A stretch of DNA of 63,817 nucleotides, the filler included, from Octopus bimaculoides (lineage: Eukaryota), in assembly GCF_001194135.2 (NCBI RefSeq). It is 7 parts of 6 records of this genome, joined end to end, with 100 filler letters (N's around TTAATTAATTAA, not from the genome) between each part and the next. Parts side by side here need not be neighbours in the genome. Positions count along the whole stretch, not along the records: positions 15,612 to 44,298 come from NC_068982.1; 6 more parts are not named here. One strand, 5' to 3'. The position numbers and the translations under genes are program-made. The notes beneath the pieces are model-generated. The model was not told the DNA's origin and ran no database searches. It worked only from the letters and a program-made list of their open reading frames with translations. Below, piece by piece: positions 26,141-40,432 of the stretch. Numbering within the stretch: the first letter of the stretch is position 1; each line of letters begins with the position of its first letter.

Positions 26141-26316
26141 AAGGTGAGTATGTATGAATGTTCTAGACAAGAAAATTGACAGTTTATAAGGAATAACATA
26201 GTAGATAGAAGGATAGAGTAAAACAGTAGAATAAAGTTCACAGCTCATCTTTTTCCAGAGGGTATGTCAATAAAGACATGTTTATATATAAACTTATATA
26301 TAAGCAGACTTATATA

Positions 26317-27130
26317 CACAATGTGCATTCCAGAAATTTCGAAGCTTTTTGTGAGAGACATTTATTAATTTCAAAGAAGTACATAACTTTAGTCTCCTTA
26401 AAATTAGGTTCCTCTAATTTCAATGCACCTGTAGGTCTCCAACCACTTCATGAAGGTTCCATCGGAGACCTCCAGCGTGAAGGCGTCCAGAGCTCTTGCC
26501 ATAGTTTTCTTCTTCTTCCTCCTCTTCGGAAACTACCAAAAGTTACAGCAATCAAGGTCTAGATTGTAGAAAGAGTGAAGGACAGACTCGATATCCATCT
26601 CCTTGAACAATTGATTTTCAGGATGAAATTGTGAACTGGTGCATTGTGTTCGTGAGCTCCCTCAAAACTTCTACAAAGTACTCTTTGTTGACTGTTTAGT
26701 TAGAGAGAAACCAGTGGATACAGATGATGTCCTTACTGTCGAAAACGGGGATCATCATGAGGTTCCTGGTTGACTTGACCAGGTCTCTTGTTCCAGCGAA
26801 AAACAGATGCTCGATAAGAAGTCGGGAACATTTCTACAGCATTTATCCCAGTTACCAAAAAACTTTATGGCATAGCGAGCTATCAAATTCTTCTTTACGT
26901 CCTCAATGCATTCTGCAAACTAACCAGCTGTGAGAAGCAGTGTTTAGTTGAGTGTGTTCAGAATGCTGTTACAACCATCTCTTCCATTCTGAAATAACAA
27001 AAGTTGGCATGCTATGTGGCTAATGGAATAGCTTGCTTTATTGAAATTGTCGGGTACAGGTAAGACAGGCATACGTTGAAGTGTTTCATTTGTACTCCCG
27101 AAGCGATGTTAAAGTGTGCAGTCATTTTAA
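26317..27130 (-). mobile_element. Internally deleted mariner (DD34D-type) element
   Basis: Minus strand RYAIKFL (N-terminus), LMMIPxFDSKDII, VNKEYFVEVLRE, and FMKWLETYxCIEIRG C-terminus; TIR-like end near 26317. Confidence 0.75.
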
Positions 27131-27149
27131 CGTCTTGTCATTTTTAACC

Positions 27150-27600
27150 TGCAGTTTTAACTATACTCTGTCCTAGACGGGTTGGTGTGTATTCTGTTGC
27201 ACCAGTAATAATAGGTATGAAACTGAAAATGTATCTTGGAGTACTGGATTTGAAAAATCCTTGCCCATAGTTCATAGATATCCTCTTTCTCTTGTATTTT
27301 TCTAACCACATTGGTGTCGAGAGGGTAGCTGATTTCTACAATAGAATATGCATTTTCCACGTGGTCCCATGCAACAATATCTGGCCTGTTGTGTTTTAAC
27401 TTGGTAACTGTTTTAACTTTTAAGTTCCGCCAATATTCTTTTGAGCCATCAGTCTCAATATAGTCAGCTTCACCAGTAGGTGTTTTCCTTTTTGATATCC
27501 TGTTCCACTCTGTTCTGGTCCCGGCACCATGCCTCATGGGAAGATAATATCTGAAAACCATTGTCCCGCAAGTGCATTATCTATATCCATTGGGCAACAT
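27150..27600 (-). mobile_element. R4/Dong-clade RLE endonuclease fragment, divergent subfamily
   Basis: RYYLPMRH...KLKHNRPDIVAWDHVENAYSIVEISYPLDTNVVRKIQEKEDIY (PD-D-E motif). Confidence 0.8.
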
Positions 27601-27833
27601 ATATAGATATGTTACTGTTCGTTTTCATGTTTAGTTATAATAAAAATAATTAATCTGAGAAGTTACTATATTTTTTCGTAGAGCACCAAACTAATTGTCC
27701 TTAAACAGGAACAATGTAGACTGATTTCGAAGTTATGGTCTGTTAAGCCATCGCCCGACTGCAATCCGACGATGGCTTAACTGGCCGAATACATATGTAC
27801 ACATATTCATTATTGACTAATATAAATATATAG

Positions 27834-27865
<32 letters not shown>

Positions 27866-28671
27866 NNNNNNNNNNNNNNNNNNNNNNNNNNNNNNNNNNN
27901 NNNNNNNNNNNNNNNNNNNNNNNNNNNNNNNNNNNNNNNNNNNNNNNNNNNNNNNNNNNNNNNNNNNNNNNNNNNNNNNNNNNNNNNNNNNNNNNNNNNN
28001 NNNNNNNNNNNNNNNNNNNNNNNNNNNNNNNNNNNNNNNNNNNNNNNNNNNNNNNNNNNNNNNNNNNNNNNNNNNNNNNNNNNNNNNNNNNNNNNNNNNN
28101 NNNNNNNNNNNNNNNNNNNNNNNNNNNNNNNNNNNNNNNNNNNNNNNNNNNNNNNNNNNNNNNNNNNNNNNNNNNNNNNNNNNNNNNNNNNNNNNNNNNN
28201 NNNNNNNNNNNNNNNNNNNNNNNNNNNNNNNNNNNNNNNNNNNNNNNNNNNNNNNNNNNNNNNNNNNNNNNNNNNNNNNNNNNNNNNNNNNNNNNNNNNN
28301 NNNNNNNNNNNNNNNNNNNNNNNNNNNNNNNNNNNNNNNNNNNNNNNNNNNNNNNNNNNNNNNNNNNNNNNNNNNNNNNNNNNNNNNNNNNNNNNNNNNN
28401 NNNNNNNNNNNNNNNNNNNNNNNNNNNNNNNNNNNNNNNNNNNNNNNNNNNNNNNNNNNNNNNNNNNNNNNNNNNNNNNNNNNNNNNNNNNNNNNNNNNN
28501 NNNNNNNNNNNNNNNNNNNNNNNNNNNNNNNNNNNNNNNNNNNNNNNNNNNNNNNNNNNNNNNNNNNNNNNNNNNNNNNNNNNNNNNNNNNNNNNNNNNN
28601 NNNNNNNNNNNNNNNNNNNNNNNNNNNNNNNNNNNNNNNNNNNNNNNNNNNNNNNNNNNNNNNNNNNNNNN

Positions 28672-29050
28672 NCACACTCGTGAGTGTTGGTGTTTGTCCC
28701 CTACCACCGCTTGACTAGGTGTTCGCTTGTTTACATCCTCGTAATCTTGCTGTTCGGCAATACAGATCGATAGAGTTAGTGTCAGGCTTCAAAATATAAG
28801 TACTGAAGTTGGTGCGTTCGATACAATCGATCAAGGCGGTGCTCTAGCGGCGGGCTCACAAAAATGAGGTAGTGAGTTTGATTCCCGGATCGGGCTGTGT
28901 GTTGTGTTCTTGAGCAAAACAACTTTATTTCAAGTTGCTCCAGTTCACTCAGCTGTAGAAATGAGTTGCGACGTCACAGGTGCCAAGCTGTGTCAGCCTT
29001 TGCCTTTCCCCTGGATAACATCGTTAGCGTAGAGTGAGGAGGCTGGTATG
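28672..29050 (+). mobile_element. Two adjacent SINE pieces (CORE-like 3' part, then a second tRNA-headed SINE)
   Basis: TTTGTCCCCTACCACCGCTTGAC...ATAAGTACT, then GAGTTTGATTCCCGGATCGGGCTGTGTGTTGTGTTCTTGAGCAAAAC. Confidence 0.65.
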
Positions 29051-29224
29051 CATGGATGTGTGTGTGTCTGTGTGTCTGTGCGTCTACACAGACACAAACA
29101 CACACACACGTATATACATATAGATATATATCCATTTATATATACATACACACCACACACACATATGTATATATGTAAATATATATATATGTATATATGT
29201 GTGTGTGTGTGTATGTGTGTGTGT

Positions 29225-29261
<37 letters not shown>

Positions 29262-29762
29262 TGTGTGTCTGTGTGTATGCCATTCCACCATGTGATCGGC
29301 TTGAAAAGTTGTTAGGATATTAAGATGTTTTTCTAAACATAGATCAAATGGTAACCTTAAAACACAAATAAAGAATTTTATCCAGCAATGCGGTGTTGGA
29401 CACTCATTCATGTTGTTCGACATCTAAGTATATATCCCGTGAGGGATCGAAACTAGATGGGGCGAAACAATTGTAGTGATTAATAAAAATTCTCGTATNN
29501 NNNNNNNNNNNNNNNNNNNNNNNNNNNNNNNNNNNNNNNNNNNNNNNNNNNNNNNNNNNNNNNNNNNNNNNNNNNNNNNNNNNNNNNNNNNNNNNNNNNN
29601 NNNNNNNNNNNNNNNNNNNNNNNNNTATATATTTGTAGACTTCTAACTCTCCCTATATATATGTATATATATGTATGTATATATGTGTGTGTATGTATGT
29701 ATGTATGCATGTATGTATACACACACGCTCACAAATATATAAATATATTTACATATATATAC

Positions 29763-29835
<73 letters not shown>

Positions 29836-30299
29836 TACGTGAGTGAAGAGTATGTGTATATATAAATGAGTGCGAGGTTATTGTGTACATGTTTTGGGAT
29901 GCTTTGTGAGTATAGGAAATGAGAGAATATGTAAAAGTCGAGGAGATGGAAACATTAAATAGAGATTAAATAGAGACAGCAGGGTATATGAGAGAGTGAG
30001 GGAGGGAGAAAACTAAGGAAAAAACACACAACAAAAGCAATGTTAATGTGTTGATTGATTGAATATGATGAAAGTGAGAGACGAATATAGATGTATAAGG
30101 ACGGGATATTGAAAAAAAATATCAAGGAAATTTGTTGGCCTTCGTGAAATGAATAAATGTTCTTCTCCGGAAAACATCCCGCCTGGTCATAAGTGTGAAC
30201 TTTACAAGGTTAAAGATAGGAGTTACGGTCAAGCGGCAAAGTGGCCAAAAACTATAATGCTAGCAACGTCCATAGGAGGGTAGTGTAAAGCTATCCATT

Positions 30300-31015
30300 G
30301 AGGAAGGCGGAGTGAGTAATCAAACAGAGAGTAAGAGTGATAGAAAGAATATAAGGGAAAGAATGAGAGATAATGAGAGAGTAAGAGAGCGGTCTGAAAC
30401 AAGCAGAGAAAGTGAAAGATAAAAGGTGAGTGTCAGAGTGTCACCGTTAGACATACACACAATCGTATACATATATATACACACACACCCGAATGCTCGT
30501 TTACGTATACACACACTTTCACTTACAGAGATATAGAGAGAGCACGTATAGACTGAAAAGTGGGAGGGTGAGAAAGAGAGAAAGAGAAAGCAAAAGTTGA
30601 AGAGAAACAACTTGCAAGTCAGTGAAGAAAAAGAAAGAAAGAAGAAACGGATAAAAGGGGAAGCGATAGAGAGGAAGAAGGTACAAGGAAAAGAATAGAA
30701 AGAAAATATCCGTGAGAGAAACGGATAGAAAAAGAGGAGCGTTTGACTGAAAGAGTGGGTGAAATATAGAAAGACAGAGAGTAAGAGAGGGAGGGAAAAC
30801 AGGCAGAGGGAGAAAGAGAGGGAGAGAGAGAGATTCAAACGCAGCAGACGACAATTGAAAAAAAATATTTCAATAAAGCAGACGATAGTTAGGAAGAAAG
30901 AAAAAGACATACACAACGTGAAAGAGAGGGCGAGAGAAAGAGAGAGAGAGATAGAGAGAGGAAGAGCGAGAGAGAGAGAAAGAAAAAGACTTATCGAGAT
31001 AAAGGCGCAATAAGA
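30300..31015. repeat. Degenerate GA-rich polypurine low-complexity tract
   Basis: Read directly; source of the L/S/F-rich and R/E-rich ORFs. Confidence 0.85.
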
Positions 31016-31493
31016 CAGAGAAATGAAACGGAGACGTGAGTGTCAGGGGTACTACCTCCTTGATTTGTCGCAGAGGTAAGTGTTGTTTATCTACATAATA
31101 TATACTTATATACATACATGATATATACAATGTCGATACGTTTCCAAAGGGACAGAATGTCAAAGTGACAGGGGCGAGGTTGACAGGATAACACGCCGAT
31201 CGAATGTCAACATGTATGTTACAGCAAAACTCCGTTCAGCTTCTTACATAGACTCAATTTGGGGCCATGGATTTCTATACACCCATCTCCCTATCGCTCT
31301 CTTTTATTACTCTTCGTGTGTGTGTATGTGTGTGTGTGTATGTGTGTATTTGTACACATACATACACACACATTTTTCTACATACATATATATTTATATA
31401 CATGTATTTATATAGAGACATTTTTTAAATATAAAAATATTAATATATATATATATATATACATACATACATACTTGCATGTGTGAACGTGTG

Positions 31494-31557
<64 letters not shown>

Positions 31558-31614
31558 TATATATACACACACACCCATATATGTTTATACATATATTATA
31601 TGTATATAGGCTTT

Positions 31615-31653
<39 letters not shown>

Positions 31654-31865
31654 ATACACACAACTTATATACCTATACCTAAATATGAATATATTTGAAT
31701 ATATATATATTTATGCGTATATAAATATATACATACTTATACGTATATGCTTATATATATTATATACGTATCCGTTTGTCCGTGTGTGGGTGTGTGCGCG
31801 TGTGTATGTGTGTGTGTGTATGTATGTATATATATATATATATATACTATATATATAGTTATCTA

Positions 31866-31899
<34 letters not shown>

Positions 31900-32462
31900 C
31901 ATAGCTATCTTTATAAAAAAAATATATACTTTCTCGGATGTATAACTTGCACATTGCAGCGTACGTGTACCTATCTATACTATTTATGAGTATAGAATGT
32001 TTGAGAAGTTTCAGCATTTTTGCTCTGTCCCATTCTCTCTCGCTCTTTCAAAATGAGTGTATATTGTGTGTATGTGCGATAATTGTGTATGTGTGCTAAG
32101 TGCATACTTATATAGAAAGACACACGCACATATACATTCACTCATACATGTATGTGGACTAGCACAGACACCCACATATATCCATATACGTGAACACACG
32201 CACACGCATACGTATATGCAGGATGTCCATCGGCTTATATCACCCACTGACTTTTCTGTCCATCGCAGATATGCATACGCACACCATGTTCTCCCTCTCC
32301 CTCCCTCTTTCTCCCACTCTCTCTTTCTCCCACTTTCTCTTTCTCCCTCTGTCTTTCTCCCTCTGCCTTTCTCCCCTCTCTCTTTCACACCTACCCACAC
32401 AGACACACAGCGTTCCAATTGTCGTCTGCTTCTGTTGAGACAATTGATTGGATACACACACA

Positions 32463-32575
<113 letters not shown>

Positions 32576-32991
32576 GTACACACACACATATGTATGTATA
32601 GATACATATATATATATACATGTTCATATATTTTATAAATATGTATACGTAGATATATGTAGATATCTGTATTAATACACGTGTACATATATGCATATAT
32701 GCGTGTGAATGTTCTACACGTGTGCCGATATGTATGTTTACAGATTGGTGGATATAAAATTATACTGTAAATGCAAGTCTTTATTGACATACATATATTT
32801 AATGAATATACCTTACAATTATGACATATTACATATATATATATACTCAAATAACTAAGCAAAAACGTATAACAAAGGCGAATAAAATATATGTATACAC
32901 AAATATAGGTAACCTGTATACGTCTCTTTCTCACTTCCTACATGCATACATACATACATACATACATACATACACACACACATACATACGT

Positions 32992-33105
32992 ACCCTGTTG
33001 TTGATGTTGAAATTCCAATGAAGGAACCTTGGATCTAGTTTAGAAACCGACTCTTTCTCTATTGGCAAGAAATCTAGAAATAAAACTAAATAATAACATA
33101 CATAC
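32992..33105 (+). mobile_element. R4/Dong 3' UTR terminal fragment flanked by (CATA)n
   Basis: GATGTTGAAATTCCAATGAAGGAACCTTGGATCTAGTTTAGAAACC matches 24270-24320 of copy A. Confidence 0.75.
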
Positions 33106-33114
33106 ATACATACA

Positions 33115-33150
<36 letters not shown>

Positions 33151-33807
33151 TATGCATGTGTATGCGCGTGTGTGTATTTGAAAACAATGAATTAGAAATG
33201 ACATTTCTAATAATTTAATAATTAGATGTTTATAAGTTTTATAAATATTATCAAAGCGAAAAAATAACCAGGAAAACCATTTCTATTATTTTTTTCAAAT
33301 ATATACTACTGTACCAAGGACTTCCTATTTCTTNNNNNNNNNNNNNNNNNNNNNNNNNNNNNNNNNNNNNNNNNNNNNNNNNNNNNNNNNNNNNNNNNNN
33401 NNNNNNNNNNNNNNNNNNNNNNNNNNNNNNNNNNNNNNNNNNNNNNNNNNNNNNNNNNNNNNNNNNNNNNNNNNNNNNNNNNNNNNNNNNNNNNNNNNNN
33501 NNNNNNNNNNNNNNNNNNNNNNNNNNNNNNNNNNNNNNNNNNNNNNNNNNNNNNNNNNNNNNNNNNNNNNNNNNNNNNNNNNNNNNNNNNNNNNNNNNNN
33601 NNNNNNNNNNNNNNNNNNNNNNNNNNNNNNNNNNNNNNNNNNNNNNNNNNNNNNNNNNNNNNNNNNNNNNNNNNNNNNNNNNNNNNNNNNNNNNNNNNNN
33701 NNNNNNNNNNNNNNNNNNNNNNNNNNNNNNNNNNNNNNNNNNNNNNNNNNNNNNNNNNNNNNNNNNNNNNNNNNNNNNNNNNNNNNNNNNNNNNNNNNNN
33801 NNNNNNN

Positions 33808-33853
<46 letters not shown>

Positions 33854-33869
33854 CACACACATTTTATAT

Positions 33870-34020
33870 ATACGATTGGCTTCTTTCAGTTTCAGTCTGC
33901 CAAATCTACTCACAAGACTTTGGTCGGCCCGAGGCTATAGCAGAAGACACTTGTCCAAGTTGCCACGCAGTGGGACTGCTTCCGGTTTGGAAGCAAGCTT
34001 CTTACCATATAGCTACAACT
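33870..34020 (-). mobile_element. CORE-like SINE, 5' half
   Basis: Reverse strand CAGTCCCACTGCGTGGCAACTTGGACAAGTGTCTTCTGCTATAGCCTCGGGCCGACCAAAG. Confidence 0.75.
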
Positions 34021-35324
34021 GTATATTTGGTCAATGACATATATCTTCAGAGGTTATATTGAGTACTGATATCTTCATAGTTACTCCTGTAAGTTTCATG
34101 GTTCCGATTACAAGGCGACTGGTTTGGGATATTGAAACTCCGAGATATGACTCACACACACACATATAAATGTTTCTATGTATATATGGTTTTCCCTTGA
34201 GTTTTACTTACGTTCTTAAGAGAGTAAAAGCCGGTCACTGACAAAGTGACAAGCCTTTTTGAGTTTAGAGCTAGAGAAGTTTTGGAATGTCTTACAAATC
34301 TTCACTGTCACTAATAGATTAGATTTGGAGAATCTACGTCATACATGTATGTATGTATGTATGTATGTATGTATGTATGTATGTATGTGTTGTATGTGTT
34401 GTGTGTGTGTGTTCTGTGTGTGTGTGCATATGAGTGCATGTGTGTGTGAGTGTGTTTAGATGTTCGTATGTGGACATGTGTGCGAGTGCGTCTATGTGCG
34501 TATAGTGAACATAAGACTATAAGTAGCGTAATAAATAAAAGTTAATGCATGTTCCACTTTTTATGAAAACGTAAATAGCCTCTGTCCTGTTGTTTTGTGT
34601 AGTCTCAAATCAACAATGATAAATTATATTTTTGTTACGAAGTTTTTGGTTGAACGACGTGCTATGGATTCTCATTCTTTTGTAGTTTAGCTTACAATCA
34701 TACGACATACTTTGACGCGCACTGTTGAATAGTGCAAATTTTTGTGTAAAAGTCTAAAGATATTGTACTTTCTTCTTTTCAGTCTGTTTCTGTTTGCTCG
34801 TAGATTTTCCACAGCAGTGTCGACAAGGTGGACTAGGTTTCAAGCACGACAATTGCTGCACCCTGCAGTTAACAATTGTGTTGTACATCCGAGCACAGTA
34901 GAGAGGAAGCTTCTATGCTATCACTCAACCTCCAAGAAATTGAAAACCGTCTTAAAAATATTTTCACATTCAGGATTAATACTGTACGCTGTATGCACAT
35001 CTGATATGAGTCCCAATAGTGCTAGCGCAGTAGATTTCATCATATCGAAGTGAACATGTGTTGAGTTAGCTTGACACTGTTTTGCTCTGTCAAGGCAAAA
35101 GAAGTTGTCCGGTAATCAATCAATGGATAGGTCACTAGTTTCAAAAAATTTCATATAAATTCATTAATATGTCTATAAACTTTTATATTTGTGTGCGTGT
35201 CTGTGTGTACGTTAGTGTGAATGTGTACAGAATTAACATTGTATATTTTCATCATTATTTTTTTTTTGTTTTTAATTATATTGTTATTAGATTTTCAGAA
35301 ACATTAGCGCACCTAAGAAAACAC

Positions 35325-35462
35325 CTTGTGCTATTTTTTCGGATCTTTACGTTTCGAATTCAACTGTCCTGGGTCAGCCTTGGGGATCGACAAAATTAAA
35401 TAGCAGTAAAGTACTAGCATCGGTGGCATCAACTAAAACCTTCCTTCAGAATTTCTAGTCTC
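35325..35462 (+). mobile_element. Meta-domain-like SINE, internally deleted
   Basis: TTTACGTTTCGAATTCAACTG...GGGGATCGACAAAATTAAATAGCAG. Confidence 0.55.
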
Positions 35463-35489
35463 ATGCATGCACACTTGTTCCTTCGGCGT

Positions 35490-37190
35490 TTGTATTAGAT
35501 GTTGAAAGGATATGATAGAATTTGAAAGACTGTTTAGATCGATGTTACGTCTCTACAGTCTTGTTTTCGTTTTACGTAATGACAATCTATATCGTTGGTG
35601 ATATGTAAATTCCTGGTGCCAGTTTACATTTTAACATTAATAGCCTGAATTTCATCTGGCATTTAATCGAATAGCCCAAAGCTTAGTATGTATTCTGTCA
35701 CAGTAAAGACACAAAGGCTATCGATATTTATCTGCGTAAATTTCTGAGGCTAATATTTTCCTTATTCTTGTGTTATATTCCCAGTCACATGCTTCTTCTT
35801 ATACGTTCCATCACAGGAAAATTTACATCTGTTCTAAGTACCTGCAGCATTCTTAATCAGATATCAGAGAAATAGTTGGGCCATTGATAATAATGTTACC
35901 AGATGGGTTTATAGTGCATCTTCACTTTACAACCATTCAGGAACTTTTATTCTGGCCAAACTTCATCTTTATATCTTTTGAGAATGTCTTAACTAAGCCA
36001 AGACTTTCCTTCATATCATCCATATTTTGACATATATTTTCAGATCGTCGCAAAACGGACAAAGTATTTATTGAAAGTATAAACAGCATCATTGCTGCCC
36101 TCCACCCCTAAAATAATTTGCAATGCTATATCTTATAGGTGATAATAAAACTAATTTCCTGTGCTTAACTTCAGAATGTTTGCCCATGACAAAGTCATCA
36201 TGTTTATGTCCTTGATAATATTATCTGAAACTTTAGCAAGTCGAATGGACACTAATGTCTACGAGTAGAGTCAAATGCTTTCGTGTAATTCAGCTTGACT
36301 ACGCCAAGTTCCTTCTTACGCTGAAGTACCTCTAACATCACAGTTCTGTCGATCCAGAGTTGTCTTGCACATCTCTAAACTCCATTCTTTCCAGCTCTTT
36401 ATCTAGCAGTAATGATATTACTATCAAAGTGATCCTGGAAGGACAGCTTCAAACATACTAAAAATATTTTATACACGAGATTACAATTGGCTGGTAGCTT
36501 TTTATCAGGTGAATAGCATTGTTTTTGGCTGTCAGTTTTGTATCTGCTATCGCTAATCGGCTTGGTAGGTTTATGTCTCCATTGAGAACTTGGAGGTAAT
36601 TTTTTTTTTCTTTCGTTTAGGTATCCTACAATAAACTCTCTTTCTGTCTCTTTTCTAACCCCGATTTTTTTCATCACAGTCTCAGGAGTGTCGCTGTTGA
36701 CGCTGAATGATTTTTGGTTTTATACAAAGACAATATTTTCTTCGGATTACTTGTAACTACCCTGTTCTGTGGTTAAACTCCGATGGTTTCACATTTTCCT
36801 CCAGAATAACGCTGTATTTTTCTGGGAAGTAGCCGCTGTAATGTTTATTGATTGTCTTGTCGTGTCTCTGTCGACAACTGAATCGTTTCAATTGAATTTC
36901 TTGTTAATCCTTTTACTTTTTGCAACTTTCTTCTTAATCCGAAGTTTTTCGCTGACGATTTTCTGTTTTTGTTTGACGGTGATCAGTCTCTATTCCAATC
37001 TTCTTTTTTAATTATCTTCAAACATTTTTTGTTTTATTTTTGGCCTTTTCTTGGCAAGTGATAAGCATTGCGAAATGACAGATGATTTCTGTAGATCGAC
37101 GATCTCTTTAACTATTTTCAAAACCAACTGTGAAATTGCTTACATTGTTTTGTCTTACTTTAATTCTTCTGTAACCTATAAGGCGGTGTT
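35490..37190 (-). mobile_element. Old R4/Dong-clade reverse-transcriptase relic
   Basis: Minus strand KAFDS (about 36270), DDLKIY (about 36040), KTFSKDIKMKFGQ, RIRKI and YVKRKQ; many stops and frameshifts; the part above about 36680 is weakly supported. Confidence 0.7.
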
Positions 37191-37250
37191 TTGCTGTCAG
37201 TGTGAGGACATATAAACAGGCATTAATTTGCCAAAATGAGGGTGTTCATA

Positions 37251-38198
37251 CGAATGTGTACTGAGAAGTACATAGGCTGACTATGAAGGAATGATGTTAG
37301 CGCAATGAAATCTTGCATGCAGTAATTTCAAACTCTCCTTATTAATACGCGCATTATTTCTTTTTAGGTAAACAGACACCTGACTGTTCAAATGAGACTT
37401 CAAAAGTAACTACTAGCGACTTCTCTTGAAAATGGACAAAATTTGGCATCGCAGTGTTATCAAGAGCCTGCCGAAAAAAGGCTTAGCTCCCAAGAATATT
37501 TAATACTGACATGGTTGCTACATTAGGGGATGACACTAGCTTTATATACAGTGCAAAAGTGGATAGCTAAATTTAGGAGAGGAAGGGAGAGTGTTCAAGA
37601 TGACCCAAAGTCTGAACGTCCAGTAGCTTCCACCACCAAGGAAAACATTGATCGTGTTCACCACATGGTGATGGATGACAGGCGACTGACTATAAATCAA
37701 ATAGCCAATGGTATTAGCATATCAGGCGAAATAGTTGAGAATATTATGCACAATGAACTTAGCATGACTAAGGTTTCTGCTCAGTGGGCGTCACGTCATT
37801 TGACACCTGATAAAAAACGCAGCAGGTTGATCTCGTCACGCGAAAATCTGACGTTGCTTGAGGCAGATCGAGCTATTTTGTTTGAACGTTTCCTAACCCA
37901 GGATGAGTGTTGTGTTTATCACTTTGAGCCAGAGACAAAGAGACAATCCATGCCGTGGAAACACCCCTCCTCACCTGCTCCAAAGAAGGCCAAGGTCATT
38001 TCATATGCAGGGAAGGTGATGGTCTCAGTCTTTTTCGGGTGCAAAAGGCATCGTTTTTATCGACTATCTTCAAAAGAGTAACACCATCAACGGAAAGTAT
38101 TATGACAACTTGCTTAAACAGTTTCGAACGGCTATCAAGACCAAAAGCCCAGGAAAACTGAAGAAAGGGATCTTGCATTACCAGGTCAATGCTCCAGT
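37251..38198 (+). mobile_element. Mariner (irritans/Himar1-like) 5' two-thirds, pseudogene
   Basis: TA plus TIR-like start; ATG at 37432; VQKWIAKFRRGRESVQDDPKSERP, KVSAQW, FLTQDE, AGKVMVSVF; ends at KGILHYQVNAP. Confidence 0.85.
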
Positions 38199-38739
38199 TC
38201 TTAGGGAGAACCTGTCTATATCACTACTTCTGTAAAAGTTTTCAGTTGATGTCAGGATCTTCCCTGTTTAACATCTATGGACTGGATTTCTTTTGCGGAT
38301 CACAAATATTATTATCAGCAGACCACAATTATTGTTATCAGGTCACAAATATTGTTATAAGCACTGATACTGCAAATGCGTTGTGGAATATTCTTTTGTA
38401 AGAGGAAAGCACACAATTACTTTATTTTTCTAAGTCTGATATAATGTTCTTTGTTCACAACATGTTCGTATGATAAACTTTCATCAAAGCCCATAATTAC
38501 ATCTATACATAGTGTGGAACAGGAGAGATAGAGAGACCATTGATTTCCAGGTTTGGGAGGGGGTGGCGTGACTGATTTTCCACGTTAAGCTATCAAATAT
38601 GAATACTTCTTTTGGCCAAATTTCATTGCAATGTCAGCTGAAAATATTAACTCCTGCTGGTTTGTTTTCTTGGCATTGTAGCATTTTTAGCATAGATCTT
38701 CAAATTATCCACAATTTATAGGTTACGTTGGTATCAATA

Positions 38740-40130
38740 GCATTACAGACCCTAGCATACAGCCACTGGATTCATATAAGGGAAACGATAACAAATTTAA
38801 TGCCAAAAGAAATACAGAAAAACATTTCCTTCGAACATTCCCTGTAACATCGGAGACGATCATTCCGTACTCAGTTGTAAGTGTGAGGATTATTGCCGAG
38901 GGATTTGTGAGCATTTCAATATCAGTGACTATTACAACTGATACTTTAGCCAATTTTAGAGACTTCAGCAAGCATGAGTGGGAATAGAGTCGAATGCTTT
39001 CCTATAATAAACCCAAACTGTCACAAGATTTCTGCAGTTTTCTTACTTCGAACAACCCCCACCCTCGTTTCTTTGCATATGCGTACTCATCCTGGAGGTA
39101 TTGGCTGAGAGAGCTTGTGTAAAGTTTGTATATAATATTTAGGCACACAATAGGTATATAGCTTTCTGCCAACTCGTTGGTTTTATCGTTGGCTACAAGA
39201 TTCGTCCGTGCTATAGAAACCAAATTTGTTAAGTCAATCTGGCTTTCCATAGTTCTTTTGAATACATATATTAATGGTTTTCTGTAGACGGTCAGCTTCT
39301 CGTCCCAGTATAAGTCTCTTCTATAAATTTTCCAGTTATGTAGCTTACCTATTTTTCCAGTTATGTAGTTTAAAGGTTTCAGGGTCAATTGTGTATGTTT
39401 TACTGTAGATATTGTCAAAGTATTCCTTCCGAACTGCATTTAGCAACGATGCACTCTGGTTGAAATCGTTCCGGATCTTACACCAGGATGATTCTTAATT
39501 TTTAGAAGTGGCTTTCTTAACGATAATGTTTTTCTTCCTAATTTCACTCAGGAGCTTGGTATGTAGAGTAACCGTAGAATTTTATTTTATTTTGCATAAG
39601 AGGTGTGAACTATTATTCCCCTTACATTTTATTATTGGCGTTAACCTTCCAATATGACGGCGCAGATTGTTGATCGTTTTTTTCAAGTTTTGTTTTCCAC
39701 ACAGGTTGTGTTCATTTGATAATTTGGATGGTTCTTAGTACCTTGAGAAAATTGGATAGCGTCACGAGAGATGGAATAATAACTGCTATCTGACAGCGAT
39801 ATTTTTCAAAGCAAGATGCTTGTTGCAGAATTTCGTCCCAGTATCTTCTTAGCCGCTTCATATAAACAACAGAAGGATCATCTCAGATTTTTTCGTACCA
39901 CAGAGGTACATCTTGACTTATATGTAAAGACCAAATGAAGTGGGAGGAGTACTGACGCCACCTTAAGTAACTTACAAATGTTGTAGTAACGCTTGTAGAT
40001 ACCGCTATTGGAATTGTTGTTAACAATATCAGTCAGGATCTTAAAAGTAAAATTCCACAGGGTATAAGATAAATTTTATAATCTGGTCTCAATAACGCTA
40101 TGTTGGTTCGTAAAAGGTGGACTCTTATTT
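38740..40130 (-). mobile_element. R4/Dong-clade N-terminal and RT relic
   Basis: DPSVVYMKRLRRYWDEI; ARTNLVA...YIPIVCLNIIYKLYTS; KAFDSIP; LKSLKLAKV; LALNLLSF. Confidence 0.8.
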
Positions 40131-40282
40131 ATAAAAGAAGAAATAATTTAGTTACTGATTTTGGCTGGAGAGTCGGCATAATTATGGAAGAAATTGCACA
40201 AAAGGACATTTTTAAACGGTCTGTTCACCTGCACATTTGATGTTGCCATGCATGTATGCATGTATATATGTATGGATGTCAT

Positions 40283-40420
40283 TACTCGGCCGAGTGAATT
40301 GGAGCAACGTGAAATAAGGTGTCTTGGCTCGACAACACAACACAGCCTAGTCCGGGAATCGAACTCAGTACCTCATGATTGTGAGCCCAACGCTCTATCC
40401 ACTGAGCCATACGACTCCAC
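40283..40420 (-). mobile_element. tRNA-derived SINE, 5' part
   Basis: Reverse strand GGCTCAGTGGATAGAGCGTTGGGCTCACAATCATGAGGTACTGAGTTCGATTCCCGG (A and B boxes). Confidence 0.75.
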
Positions 40421-40432
40421 ATATATGTACAT

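Noticed and set aside
34540-35080. Possible further mariner 3' relic on the minus strand
   Set aside because: Only a faint SLDFYTKI similarity; too decayed to support as a feature.
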